This document shows, one piece after another, positions 1 through 11,658 of a stretch of DNA of 64,000 bases; the first letter of the stretch is position 1, and the number at the start of each line of letters is the position of its first letter. Location of the stretch: assembly GCA_965219995.1 (NCBI GenBank), contig CBDCOX010000002.1:4192001-4256000 (forward strand). Reading direction: 5' to 3'. Both the position numbers and the translations under genes were made by a program. Source of the stretch: Candidatus Latescibacterota bacterium. GTDB lineage: Bacteria > Latescibacterota > UBA2968 > GCA-2709665. The notes below the pieces were generated by a model, which was not told the origin of the DNA, did no database searches, and saw only the letters and a program-made list of their open reading frames with translations.

Positions 1-276
1 CACGCATTGAAGGGCGGTATCATCCACGTGACGCGCCACCTGGCGGTCTACTGGGCGGCGGACCGCGTGAGGGTGAATTGTCTGAGCCCGGGGCCGTTTC
101 CCAACATGCGCAAGGCGCCGCATGAAATGGTGGAACGTTTGTGCACGAAGAGTCCCATGGGTCGCATGGGGGAACCGCATGAACTGAAGGGGGCGATCGT
201 GTTTCTTGCGAGCGACGCGAGCAGCTACATGACCGGCCAGAATCTGACCATCGACGGCGGCTGGACGGCGTGGTAG
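1..276 (+). CDS. SDR family oxidoreductase, C-terminal part (truncated by window edge)
   Basis: RVNCLSPG...PMGRMGEPHELKGAIVFLASDASSYMTGQNLTIDGG is a classic SDR C-terminus; frame is open from base 1. Confidence 0.9.
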   Translation, partial: HALKGGIIHVTRHLAVYWAADRVRVNCLSPGPFPNMRKAPHEMVERLCTKSPMGRMGEPHELKGAIVFLASDASSYMTGQNLTIDGGWTAW

Positions 277-333
277 TGTTCTGTCCCGGAAACAAGCTGC
301 GTGAACTCCACCGTTGCGACTGGAGGATCTGAG

Positions 334-1686
334 GTGAATGAACAGAACACGGCGTCCGGCGAGCATTCAGTCGCCCGCTCGATGGCGGTCTATGAGCGGG
401 CGCTGGAGGTGATCCCTGGCGTGACGCAGTTGCTCAGCCGCCGTCCCACACAGGCGGCGCTCGGGGTCAGCCCGGTGTACGCCGCCCGGGCGAAGGGGTG
501 CCGGATCCGGGACATCGACGGCAACGAATACGTGGATTGGATGAGCGGGGTCGGGCCGATCATACTGGGCTATGCGGACGACGTCGTGGACGCGGCAGTG
601 AAGGAACAGATCGAACGAGGCGGCGTCTGCAGTATCGTGCACGAAAGCGCCGTGGAACTGGCCGAGGAACTGGTGCGGCTGATTCCGTCGGCGGAGATGG
701 TTCGCTACGCGAAGGGCGGGGGCGAGGCGTGTACCGTCGCCGTGCGGATCGCGCGGGGGGTTACGGGACGGGACCACGTTCTGTTCTGCGGTTATCACGG
801 ATGGCACGACTGGTACCTGGCGGCGAATCTGGGCGAGGAACGGCTCGACGGTCACCTCCGCCCGGGAATCGAGCCGATCGGTGTGCCGCGTGTGCTCGAG
901 GGCACGGCAATCCCGTTCGAATACGGCGATCTGCAAATGCTCGAGGACCTTCTGAAGGCGAACCGGAACGAAGTGGCGTGCATCATGATGGAGCCGATGC
1001 GCACGGAGCTGCCGCCGGCGGGATATCTGGAGGGTGTTCGCGAACTGGCAACGAAGTACGGCGTGGTCCTGATTTTCGACGAAGTATCCTGCGGCTTCCG
1101 AATCGCGCTTGGCGGGGTACAGGAGTACACGGGCGTGGTTCCGGACCTGTCCGTGTTCGCGAAAGCGATCTCAAACGGGTATCCGATGGCTGCCGTGGTC
1201 GGCAGGCGGGAGGTGATGGAGCCGGTCTCGAGGATGTTCATTTCGAGCGCCTACTGGGACGACCCGATCGGGACCGTGGCCGCGTTGACGACGCTGAGGG
1301 AACTGGAGCGGCGGAACGCGGTCGCCCACTTCGAACGGATCGGACAGTCGTTCAAGGAGCGGATCAACCGGGCGGCGAGAGAGGTAGGCGTGAACGCCGA
1401 ATGCGTGGGCATTGCCGCCCATCCGGGCATCCGGTTTCAGGTTGACGACCCGGAGACCGCCCGGAAGGTGACGACGCTGTTCATCCAGGAAAACGCGAAA
1501 CGGGGACTGATCCTGTCCACGGGCTTCTTCTTCAATACCGCGCACGACGACGCGGCGCTGGACCACACCGAGGCGGCGGTGAGGGAGAGTTTCGCGGTGA
1601 TCAGGGATGGATTGGAGAACCGGCGGCTGGATGCGCTGCTGCAGTGCGAGATGCGGGAGGACCTGTTCAGGCGCCTGGTGAGTTGA
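334..1686 (+). CDS. class III PLP aminotransferase (glutamate-1-semialdehyde aminomutase-like)
   Basis: DIDGNEYVD, GYHGWHDW, LIFDEVSCGFR, FAKAISNGYP (PLP Lys); GTG at 334 follows GGAGG (ORF open from 301). Confidence 0.85.
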   Translation: MNEQNTASGEHSVARSMAVYERALEVIPGVTQLLSRRPTQAALGVSPVYAARAKGCRIRDIDGNEYVDWMSGVGPIILGYADDVVDAAVKEQIERGGVCSIVHESAVELAEELVRLIPSAEMVRYAKGGGEACTVAVRIARGVTGRDHVLFCGYHGWHDWYLAANLGEERLDGHLRPGIEPIGVPRVLEGTAIPFEYGDLQMLEDLLKANRNEVACIMMEPMRTELPPAGYLEGVRELATKYGVVLIFDEVSCGFRIALGGVQEYTGVVPDLSVFAKAISNGYPMAAVVGRREVMEPVSRMFISSAYWDDPIGTVAALTTLRELERRNAVAHFERIGQSFKERINRAAREVGVNAECVGIAAHPGIRFQVDDPETARKVTTLFIQENAKRGLILSTGFFFNTAHDDAALDHTEAAVRESFAVIRDGLENRRLDALLQCEMREDLFRRLVS

Positions 1687-1705
1687 CGGCTGAACGCATG
1701 TCCGT

Positions 1706-3187
<1,482 letters not shown>

Positions 3188-3628
3188 TTATCGGAAAATC
3201 CGGGTTGTAATCCGCCCTTTTCAAACCGGGCCGAATATACACAGAAACAGGAGTTGCGTAAAGGGTAAATTTCGCTAGAAAACGGGTCTGCTCCAGTGTC
3301 GCTTTGGTGGCTATCCAGGGTAAACGTGAAACGGACCTCGGCCGTCGTCGGGAAACGCGAGGTCTACGACTTGATCGAATGGGTATTGTTCTTTGACGTG
3401 TGGTTAGCGTGTGTCGTGGAAGATGATGTCGAATCCTTTGAGGGTTTCTGGCTCGGCCTTTGAGACTCCAACCGCATAACGTATTGTTGCGGACCTCGAT
3501 TCGGGTTTAAGTATCGATGTTCTCTTGGATAATATCCCGTTTTGGCGTATAACCCTGGTTACCGCGGGCATGCATAATATACAACTAAAAAATAGCTATT
3601 AAAAGATTAATATAAATATATTTTTTAT

Positions 3629-3657
3629 TTGACAAATAGCTGCTTTTTGGTTATTGT
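3629..3657 (+). promoter_or_regulatory. sigma70-type promoter of the RHH-GNAT-XRE operon, with candidate operator
   Basis: TTGACA-17bp-TATTGT in an AT-rich patch; palindrome AATAGCTATT at 3591-3600 and near-copy AATAGCTGCT in the spacer. Confidence 0.65.
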
Positions 3658-3697
3658 TTTCTGCATAATCTCCAGACGATCAAAGGGGGACGAATTG

Positions 3698-3910
3698 ATG
3701 GGCGCCAAGAGGACAATGACACTTAACCTCACAGTAGCAGAGATGGATGTGCTGGAAGAACTGAGCGCAAAGAAAGAGCTAAGCAAGACTGCCCTTTTGC
3801 GTCAGGCATTGCGGATATATCAATTGATCGAGGTAAGGCTTGAAAGTGGCGCAAAGCTGTTCTTCGAGGATGAGAAGACCGAGAAAAAGGCCGAGGTCAT
3901 GCTGCTGTGA
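3698..3910 (+). CDS. ribbon-helix-helix (CopG-like) protein, putative antitoxin or regulator
   Basis: KRTMTLNLT...LEELSAKKELSKTALLRQAL beta-helix-helix pattern; RBS AAGGGGGA; stop overlaps next start. Confidence 0.75.
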   Translation: MGAKRTMTLNLTVAEMDVLEELSAKKELSKTALLRQALRIYQLIEVRLESGAKLFFEDEKTEKKAEVMLL

Positions 3911-4542
3911 CCGCGGCGATTTCGGTAGTCCATCTCTTCAACGTGGCTCGCGGCGAATCGGAAGCTGCCGAGCTGTCCGATGCCATCACGGAGCGGCACC
4001 TCGCTGATTGGGAAGGCGAGTGGATGCCCGCCTTGTTCAACGCGATACGGCGCCTCAAGCGAAAGGGGGTTCCGACGCGGGAATGGCCGCAGAGCAGCCA
4101 TTGGAATTGGCGCAGAAAAGTTAACGCGCTATACGGGATTCTGGCCAGTCCGGGTTTCAGCATCGTCTGCAATGGAATGACGCAGGGTCTGATGATGGTT
4201 GACACGGCGACGCACAAATGTCGAGTCGATGCCCAGAAGGGCAAGCACCTCGTGTACGTTGAGTACGTCGAAAACGCACCCTGGAATCGCCCGGAGTTAT
4301 TCGATCCGCCGCGATTCCGCGGTGTTGGAAGCATTCTAATCAGGGCTGCCGTCGCACTGAGCGAGGAGTTGGAGTTTCGGGGACGAATCGGCCTCCATTC
4401 GCTGCCTCAGGCAGATAGCTTTTATGCCAATACCTGTGGCATGACCGATCTGGGGACCGATCTCGACTATGAGGGTTTGCGCTACTTCGAGATGACACCC
4501 AAACAGGCGCGGGCTTTCGTTACGAGGGGGAGATTGCCATGA
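3907..4542 (+). CDS. GNAT-fold N-acetyltransferase, putative toxin
   Basis: VYVEYVENAPWN...RFRGVGSILIRAAV...LHSLPQADSFY (acetyl-CoA motif A/B). Confidence 0.8.
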   Translation: MTAAISVVHLFNVARGESEAAELSDAITERHLADWEGEWMPALFNAIRRLKRKGVPTREWPQSSHWNWRRKVNALYGILASPGFSIVCNGMTQGLMMVDTATHKCRVDAQKGKHLVYVEYVENAPWNRPELFDPPRFRGVGSILIRAAVALSEELEFRGRIGLHSLPQADSFYANTCGMTDLGTDLDYEGLRYFEMTPKQARAFVTRGRLP

Positions 4543-5021
4543 AGTTGAGAATCAGTAAGGAGTGGTGCACTCGGATGGCAGAACTGGAGGGAGACACCGA
4601 AATCGGAGCCGGTCGCCTGGCAATCGATCCGCATTTTGACGGTGAAACTATCCCCGTCGTCGACAGATTCGACGAACCCAATATCGCCTTCGGTCGTTTA
4701 AACAACCTCATGCGCCGCCGCCGAGGCTTGAGCATTGAGGGGCTTGCCATGGCGGCGAACGTGACCGTAACAGAACTGGTCGAGATCGAAAGCGACGTTC
4801 GTTATAAGCCGAAGTTGCAGACGATCGATAAACTGGCCAGCTACTTCAATTTGCCTCGGTCCGGTCTAATGCAGATGGCAGGACTGACAGCTTCGAAGGA
4901 TGCACGCCTGTCTGAACGGGCAGTTCGCTATGTCGCCCGTGCGGAGTCGACTGCGGAACTGACGCCTGAAGAGAACGCGGCGTTGGAAGGGTTCATGGCT
5001 GTTCTCAGCGAGCAGAAATAG
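4539..5021 (+). CDS. XRE-family HTH transcriptional regulator
   Basis: RRRRGLSIEGLAMAANVTVTELVEIE...TIDKLASYF; ATGA overlap with the GNAT gene. Confidence 0.75.
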   Translation: MKLRISKEWCTRMAELEGDTEIGAGRLAIDPHFDGETIPVVDRFDEPNIAFGRLNNLMRRRRGLSIEGLAMAANVTVTELVEIESDVRYKPKLQTIDKLASYFNLPRSGLMQMAGLTASKDARLSERAVRYVARAESTAELTPEENAALEGFMAVLSEQK

Positions 5022-5155
5022 CTGAAACGCATTGTCGTTGTACTACGTTGACCCGGGGTGTCGAGTTCTTCGCCGAAATTCACCTCAACGTTGCTTTCTC
5101 GGACTCACTCAAAGAATCCCTTTGCAGATGTGGTGTTCCGTCGTTGATAATCCTT

Positions 5156-6238
5156 TCATTTCATCAGATGGATGCTGCCATTCATACTCCGCAGCTTGAC
5201 AACGGCGTCGCCGCCGTCTCCGACGTCGCCCTTCAGCCGGTTTCTGGATTTGCGCCCAGCTTCGACGGCAAAATCGCTGCGGACGCGCCCGTTGCTCGTT
5301 TTGGCGTCAATATGGCCCGACCAGTCGGCTGGAAGCGTCAGTTTGACGGAGCCGTTGTTTGTGGCGGCGGTTACCTGGCCGAGAATTTCACTCACCTCCA
5401 TCTTGATCGATCCGTTTGTGGTCAGCAGCTTCGCGGCGTCGACCAGCCGTTTGGCCTGGACTGAGATCGATCCGTTGACCGTCTGGGCGGTAATCGGGCC
5501 GGTTTCCGCATCCAGTTTCACCGAGCCATTGACGCTTTCCGCGTCGACCGCCCCCTGGGTTCCGCGGGACCTGATTCCGCCCTGGACGGTGCTGAGACGC
5601 AATGCCATCGCCCGCGGCGTTTCGATTTCATAGCGAATGACCACATTGACGCCGCCGGGCGGCGTGGGATGTTCGGCGGAAACGCGAAGCTCGTCGCCGA
5701 CCTGTTCGGCGCGGACCTCGACTTCCCGTTCGAAATCTTCCGTTACGGAACGTCGCCCGTGGACCGCTTTCCACGCGCGGACAACGATCCGGTCGCTGTC
5801 CGTTCCCGTGAGGGAGATCGAGCCGTTGACGGTTTCCGCGCGGACCGCCGCGATGTTCTCGGCATCGAATGTCCATTCCTGCGGATCCCCGGCCCCCCGT
5901 TCTCCGGTGTCCCGTTCCCATCTGGCCGCGGTATCGGCGACGGTCGACGTCGCCTGATCGACAGCCTCGTTCACCATCTTCCCGATGTCCTGCCACCGGA
6001 CCGACTCCATCGCTTTGCCCACCTCGTTCTCGATTTCCCGTCCCAGGTCGCTGAAGGCCTCAGTGAATCTGTCGAAGTTGCCCTTCCTCCCCCCGCGTCG
6101 CACCTCTTCCGTGTCGGTTTCTTCGTCCAGGCGGGACGGCTCATCGAGCGCGCGCAATAACATATCGGCCTCTTCGGGGTTGATTTTCCCGTCCGAAAGC
6201 ATTTTGAGGATTTCCAGTCTTTCCGTGCTCATCGTCAT
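5156..6238 (-). CDS. DUF4097 beta-strand repeat protein with SHOCT-like N-terminus (YvlB/LiaX-like)
   Basis: ERLEILKMLSDGKINPEEADMLL N-terminus; repeated TVNGSI/TNNGSV units. Confidence 0.8.
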   Translation of the reverse strand: MTMSTERLEILKMLSDGKINPEEADMLLRALDEPSRLDEETDTEEVRRGGRKGNFDRFTEAFSDLGREIENEVGKAMESVRWQDIGKMVNEAVDQATSTVADTAARWERDTGERGAGDPQEWTFDAENIAAVRAETVNGSISLTGTDSDRIVVRAWKAVHGRRSVTEDFEREVEVRAEQVGDELRVSAEHPTPPGGVNVVIRYEIETPRAMALRLSTVQGGIRSRGTQGAVDAESVNGSVKLDAETGPITAQTVNGSISVQAKRLVDAAKLLTTNGSIKMEVSEILGQVTAATNNGSVKLTLPADWSGHIDAKTSNGRVRSDFAVEAGRKSRNRLKGDVGDGGDAVVKLRSMNGSIHLMK

Positions 6239-6624
6239 TTCCTCCCCATTTGCTTTATCTGTTCGGCCGCTTCCTCCGCGGATATCTCTCCTTCATTTAG
6301 CCGTTTCAGGATCTCGCGGCGTTTGTCGGAGCTTTCACCGGGAGCGGGCGCATCGGCCCGGACTTCGTAGCCAAGTTCCGCGATGACGGCGTTCAGGCGG
6401 TTGCGAACGGTGGGGTAGGAGATCCCCAGTTCGCGCTCCATTTCCTTGATATTGCCGCGGTTCTTGACGAAACTCTCGATAAAGTCGAGGCTTTGCTGCT
6501 GCAGGCGGCAGAAGGGACAAGTGGAATATTGACTCTCGATTCTGGTGTGGCAGGTGTGACAATGCAGACCGGATATCGTCAGTTCCCCGCCGCACGTCGG
6601 ACATTTCTCCAATACTTTCCGCAC
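6235..6624 (-). CDS. DUF2089 Zn-ribbon/HTH regulator
   Basis: CPTCG...CHTC, GNIKEMERELGISYPTVRNRL, C-terminal SHOCT-like GEISAEEA. Confidence 0.85.
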   Translation of the reverse strand: MRKVLEKCPTCGGELTISGLHCHTCHTRIESQYSTCPFCRLQQQSLDFIESFVKNRGNIKEMERELGISYPTVRNRLNAVIAELGYEVRADAPAPGESSDKRREILKRLNEGEISAEEAAEQIKQMGRK

Positions 6625-7013
6625 GGTTTGTTTGCTCCTTTGTTGTCAGCACATGGTGATTCGACGATAACGATTGCGGATGTAGATCTCCGCCCGGCGA
6701 CCTTTCGCAGGCCGTCCCGCCGGGCAAAGTGCCTTGCGCGTGGTCAGACGGCGGGGTATCTTGATTCATTGCCATCTGCAATCGCGCGGGAAACCGCACG
6801 ACGGCCCGCAGTTCGCACCCGACGGTCGGGTGACGCACATCCTGCTTTCTCAGGAATATAGCATGAAATAGTCAATTTGGCAATATATCGTGTTAAAATA
6901 AATCAAAAGTGTGAAAAATTATACATATTTTTTTCTATTAGAATAAAATTTTAATTCGACTGTCCTGATGGGGGTGGCGTTCGAATCGGTGGCCATGGGG
7001 AGGTTGACACGGG

Positions 7014-8192
7014 ATGACTGCAGGCGATCTTGAATACGCGATGTTTTCCCGTAAGGAGATGGCGCGGCGGTATGCTCGCGCGCGGGAGGAGATGGATCGG
7101 CGCGGGATGAATGCGCTGTTTATCACTGGCGAGGAGAACTTCCAGTATTTCGCCGGCGCGGCGGCGAGCGCGGCCTTGCATGCGTCACTGACCCGACCGT
7201 CGATTCTTATCCTGCCCCTGGATGGGGCGCCGATTGTCGTCACACAGGGACAGGACAACCTGGCGATGGGGTCCTACGTGACCGATGTGCGCGGGTACGC
7301 CGACCTGTTCGCGTTTCCGCAAGCGGTCGTGATCCGGGCGCTGCGGGATGCCGGAGCGACCGGAGGTTCCGTTGGCGTGGAATTGGGGCTGGAGCAGCGG
7401 ATGGGCATGCCGGTGGGGGCGTATCAGGACCTGACCGCGGCGATGCCCGACGTCGCGTTTGTCGACGCGGCGGAAGCGATCGTAAGGCTCCGGATGGTGA
7501 AGTCGGAGGAAGAGATCGCGTATTTCCGGCAGGCGGCAGGGGTGACGGACAGGGCGCGGCAGCGGCTGTTCGGAATGATTCGCCCCGGGATGACGGAGCG
7601 GGAGACCGTCCGTCTGTTGCGCCGGCTGATTCTGGAAGAAGGCGGCGACGGGACTTCGTTTGTCATGCTGCTGCTGGGCATCCCCGGCTCCCGGAACCCG
7701 TTCGGTTACGACAGGCCGCTGGAAGCCGGTCAGGTCATCGGCGTCGACACGGGTGCCCGCGTGGGCATGTATACGATTGACTATACCCGATGGGGCGTTC
7801 TCGGCCCCGCGACAGACGGGTTGAGGCGGATGTACGACGCGCTTCTGGAGGTGAATCGTACGATGGCCGCGAACCTGGGCCCCGGCGTGAAGTGTTCCGA
7901 AATCTACCGCATAGGGATCGAAGCGATCGAAAGAGCGTGTTCGGACGTGAATGGACTGGAGCGGTTCGGGCCTTCCCGCATGGGACACGGGCAGGGAATG
8001 CTGATCACGGAGCCTCCGAGCATTCACCCGGATGATCAGACAATGCTGAAACCCGGGATGGTTCTGAGTACCGAGCCGGGATTGACCGCGGAAGGCACCC
8101 AGATGCTCTGGGAGGACGTCTATGTGATTTCGGAGGACGGATGCGAGCAGATCACACCGGAAACCGACGAGCTTCGGGAGATTCCGTGCTGA
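7014..8192 (+). CDS. M24 (Xaa-Pro peptidase/creatinase) family protein
   Basis: LRMVKSEEEI, DTG...DYTR, GHGQG, STEPG, EDVY metal ligands. Confidence 0.85.
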   Translation: MTAGDLEYAMFSRKEMARRYARAREEMDRRGMNALFITGEENFQYFAGAAASAALHASLTRPSILILPLDGAPIVVTQGQDNLAMGSYVTDVRGYADLFAFPQAVVIRALRDAGATGGSVGVELGLEQRMGMPVGAYQDLTAAMPDVAFVDAAEAIVRLRMVKSEEEIAYFRQAAGVTDRARQRLFGMIRPGMTERETVRLLRRLILEEGGDGTSFVMLLLGIPGSRNPFGYDRPLEAGQVIGVDTGARVGMYTIDYTRWGVLGPATDGLRRMYDALLEVNRTMAANLGPGVKCSEIYRIGIEAIERACSDVNGLERFGPSRMGHGQGMLITEPPSIHPDDQTMLKPGMVLSTEPGLTAEGTQMLWEDVYVISEDGCEQITPETDELREIPC

Positions 8193-8320
8193 ACGGTTGA
8201 TGCCTGTTGATATTGTGGACGCGATGGCTTAGTTTGTGATTAAATCACAGGCGTGCACACACACGCGAAACATCTGATTTCATTCAGATCCGGAATTCTG
8301 AGATTCCGGACAGAGCGAGT

Positions 8321-10528
8321 ATGTCAACCCGTAGCGTATTGCCCGGAACCGAACAGCTCAACGTTGAGGGCGACCTGGCCGCCGCCATGGTCGCCGGTAT
8401 CGATCGATACCTCGAGCGCGAAACCCAATCCGCACGGACGGCCCGAGACGCCCGAATGTCGACGACTTCGAACGAGGCGCTTCGGCAACGCCTTTCGGAC
8501 ATGCTGGGTCTTATCGATTCCCGCGATAGCGGAACGATCCGGACGGTTTCGCCCATTGGCGGACCGACTGAAGTAGCTTCCGGTCAGGGCTACCGGATCT
8601 TCGAAGTCAGCTGGCCGGCGCTCAGGGGTGTGGACGGCGAAGGACTCCTGCTGGAGCCCGAAAGGCCGCCGGCTGCAAACGTGATTGCCCTGCCGGACTG
8701 TGATTTCACGCCGGAGCAATCGGCCGGACTGCATCCCCGCATTCCGGCATCCGCCCAGTTTGCGCGGCGCCTTGCGGAAGATGGATGCCGTGTGCTCGTT
8801 CCTTTGCTCATGGATCGTCGATGCGACCATTCAGGACACCCCGACATCGGCATGACCAACCAGCCGCACCGGGAATTCATCTACCGCGCCGCGTATGAGT
8901 TGGGCCGTCACATCATCGGATACGAAATACAAAAGGTCCTTGCCGCGGTCGACGCACTGGCTTCCGACGGGCTCCAGGTTGGCCTGATCGGACATGGGGA
9001 GGGGGGCCTGCTCGCGTTTTATGCAGCGGCGATGGATGCGCGGATCGACGCCGCAACGGTCTCCGGTTACTTTCAACCTCGCGAAGACCTCTGGCACCAG
9101 CCGATCTATCGAAATCTGTTCGGCCTGCTCGGTGATTTTGGGGACGCTGAAGTCGCAACTCTGATAACGCCACGCTCGCTCGTTGTGGAAATCGCAGACC
9201 ATCCAGAAGTCGAGGGACATTCGGACGCCCGGGGCCGAAGAAAAACCGCCGCTCCGGGCCGGCTGACGACTCCGGATCCGGAAACCGTGCGGGCGGAATT
9301 CAACCGCGCCCGCGAGTTGGCCGCCTGTGACGCCGGCTCGCTCGTCCTCACCACGAGCCCGGATGGGAACCCCGGCGCGGACGCCACGCTGGACGCGTTT
9401 CTTGACGCCCTCGGCGCGTCGACATCTTCCAAGGTGTCGTCGGTCCCGCCGACCCGCGTTCGGGAAGGTGTATCTCACGACGTCCGGTCTAAACGGCAGT
9501 TCGATCAACTCCTGGATCACACGCAGTTCGCCCTGAGGGAGGCCGAATTCCGAAGAGCGGAATACTGGGCCGAAGCCGGGGGAGCCGACACCGGCTTCGA
9601 TGCGGATACGGCTGACGACTACCGCCGCCGGCTCTGGGAGGACGTCATCGGCCCGCTTCCACCCGTTTCGCTGCCTCCCAATCCACGCACGCGGCTTTTC
9701 TACGATGGCCCCGGAGTCAGGGCATATGAGGTTGTGATAGACCTGTATCCGGACGTTTTCGCGTATGGCATTCTGTTGATCCCTGAAGGGGCTCGCGAAG
9801 ACGAAAGGCATCCCGTCGTCGTCTGCCAGCACGGATTGGAGGGACGTCCTCAATCGGTGGTCGATCCCGACGGCCCACGTCACCCGTATCGCAATTTCGC
9901 ATACGATCTGGCGAAAGAGGGCTTTGTCACCTACGCGCCTCAGAACCCCTACATCGGACAGGATGCCTTCCGGGCGCTTCAGCGCAAGGCGAATCCGCTT
10001 GGACTCTCGCTGTTCTCGTTCATCGTCCGGCAGCACGAGCAGACGCTCGCCTGGCTGTCATCCCAGCCGTTCGTGGATGCCGAACGGATCGGATTTTATG
10101 GTATCAGCTATGGCGGCAAGACCGCCATGCGGGTTCCCGCCCTCGTCAAACAATACTGTCTCTCGATCTGCTCGGCGGACTTCAACGAGTGGATATGGAA
10201 GAACGCATCGGCCCGGCACCGGTACAGTTACCTGTTCTCCGGTGAATATGAGATGCCCGAGTTCAATCTTGGAAATACATTCAACTATGCCGAAATGTCA
10301 TGGCTGATCTGCCCGCGGCCCTTCATGGTCGAACGCGGTCACCACGACGGCGTCGCACCGGACGAGTGGGTGGCCTACGAATACGCAAAGACATACCGGC
10401 ACTATGCGCTGCAGGGCCTGCAAGACCGCACGGAAATCGAATATTTCAACGGCCCCCACACCATCAACGGCGCGGGTACCTTCGCGTTTCTTCGGAAACA
10501 CCTTAAGGCGGGGAGCCGTAAGACGTGA
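8321..10528 (+). CDS. double alpha/beta-hydrolase (dienelactone hydrolase/esterase-like)
   Basis: Two hydrolase domains with elbows GHGEGG and GISYGG; PRPFMVERG.DG; FNGPHTING. Confidence 0.75.
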   Translation: MSTRSVLPGTEQLNVEGDLAAAMVAGIDRYLERETQSARTARDARMSTTSNEALRQRLSDMLGLIDSRDSGTIRTVSPIGGPTEVASGQGYRIFEVSWPALRGVDGEGLLLEPERPPAANVIALPDCDFTPEQSAGLHPRIPASAQFARRLAEDGCRVLVPLLMDRRCDHSGHPDIGMTNQPHREFIYRAAYELGRHIIGYEIQKVLAAVDALASDGLQVGLIGHGEGGLLAFYAAAMDARIDAATVSGYFQPREDLWHQPIYRNLFGLLGDFGDAEVATLITPRSLVVEIADHPEVEGHSDARGRRKTAAPGRLTTPDPETVRAEFNRARELAACDAGSLVLTTSPDGNPGADATLDAFLDALGASTSSKVSSVPPTRVREGVSHDVRSKRQFDQLLDHTQFALREAEFRRAEYWAEAGGADTGFDADTADDYRRRLWEDVIGPLPPVSLPPNPRTRLFYDGPGVRAYEVVIDLYPDVFAYGILLIPEGAREDERHPVVVCQHGLEGRPQSVVDPDGPRHPYRNFAYDLAKEGFVTYAPQNPYIGQDAFRALQRKANPLGLSLFSFIVRQHEQTLAWLSSQPFVDAERIGFYGISYGGKTAMRVPALVKQYCLSICSADFNEWIWKNASARHRYSYLFSGEYEMPEFNLGNTFNYAEMSWLICPRPFMVERGHHDGVAPDEWVAYEYAKTYRHYALQGLQDRTEIEYFNGPHTINGAGTFAFLRKHLKAGSRKT

Positions 10529-10543
10529 GACGGGAGAGGATCC

Positions 10544-11584
10544 ATGAATAACGCCGGGTGGGCGCGCGTTCATGAGGACGACCGCAGGATCCGGATCGAG
10601 ACCGGCGAACTCGAAGCCGCGATTCCCAAGAAGGACCCGGTGCGATGGATGACCGGGATTGAGAAAGGGTCGTTCGTCGACAGGAAAACCGGATTCTCCG
10701 AAATCGGCGACGGCCTGATGGTGGTCGATTGGCTGATGGAGCCCGGCAGCGACGAATCGTGGCGCGAGAGCGTAATTGCTGAAGACGGGCACGGCCTGGG
10801 GCGATACCGCTGGCATGAGAACGAGTCAGATTCCGGGAGCAGGGAATACGCCATCCTTGCCCACGGAAGCAGCCATCGCAAGCGCATGATCGAGGGACCG
10901 CAACTCTGCCACCGGATGAAGCCCGTTCAGCCGGACGTGGTCCACGGGACGGACTTCGTCGCGGTGAGAACCCGGTACCGTTTTGAATACGCGGCGCCCG
11001 GCCGGAATACGGGGTCTCGGTGGACGCAGTTGATCGTGTTCCCCAAGGGTGAGCGGTTTTTCGTATTGATGGACCGCATCGAGAGTGTGAACGATTCACC
11101 GGAGATGTTTCTCAGGAACGACACGCCCGGCTGCGTCCGGCATACGCGGGGCGATACGTTCAGCGAGATTTATCTCAGCTATCTGAGCGGCCCGGGCGGC
11201 GTGCGCATCCCGTCCAGTGAATTCTTCGATCCGTTCCCTCCCGACCGGAAATTCGGGTATCGCCGCGACCTGAACAGAACGCCCCGCCGATTCATCCGGG
11301 CGTACCGCCTGCGGGATCCGGAAACGGGCGAAAGCGGGCCCTGGCTGGGCGGCCTGACGCTGGATCCCTCCGTCGTCTGCGAAGCCTGGTGCAGCCAGCG
11401 GCCCGGGGATATCATCGTGATGATCCTCGAGATGCATGGCAGGCCGGTGCAGGCGGGGGATACGTTCAGCGCGGCCCATATCGTAGGGTATTTCGACAAC
11501 ATTGAGGACATGCACGCGGTATACGATCGTCACGAGGGACACAGGAGTCTGGCGGTGGATTCATCGGGCTGGGAACTGAGGTAG
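10544..11584 (+). CDS. hypothetical protein
   Basis: 346 aa, good RBS (GAGAGGA), co-oriented in the operon; no motif recognised. Confidence 0.65.
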   Translation: MNNAGWARVHEDDRRIRIETGELEAAIPKKDPVRWMTGIEKGSFVDRKTGFSEIGDGLMVVDWLMEPGSDESWRESVIAEDGHGLGRYRWHENESDSGSREYAILAHGSSHRKRMIEGPQLCHRMKPVQPDVVHGTDFVAVRTRYRFEYAAPGRNTGSRWTQLIVFPKGERFFVLMDRIESVNDSPEMFLRNDTPGCVRHTRGDTFSEIYLSYLSGPGGVRIPSSEFFDPFPPDRKFGYRRDLNRTPRRFIRAYRLRDPETGESGPWLGGLTLDPSVVCEAWCSQRPGDIIVMILEMHGRPVQAGDTFSAAHIVGYFDNIEDMHAVYDRHEGHRSLAVDSSGWELR

Positions 11585-11658
11585 GGATCCGGCCTTGGCA
11601 GGCGCGGCACGACGGAGAAATCGAGGCGGCGTCGAAACTTTATCCGGGAGCAATCTCT

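Noticed and set aside
3300-3575. Interrupted minus-strand reading frame upstream of the RHH gene
   Set aside because: Short, with no recognisable family.
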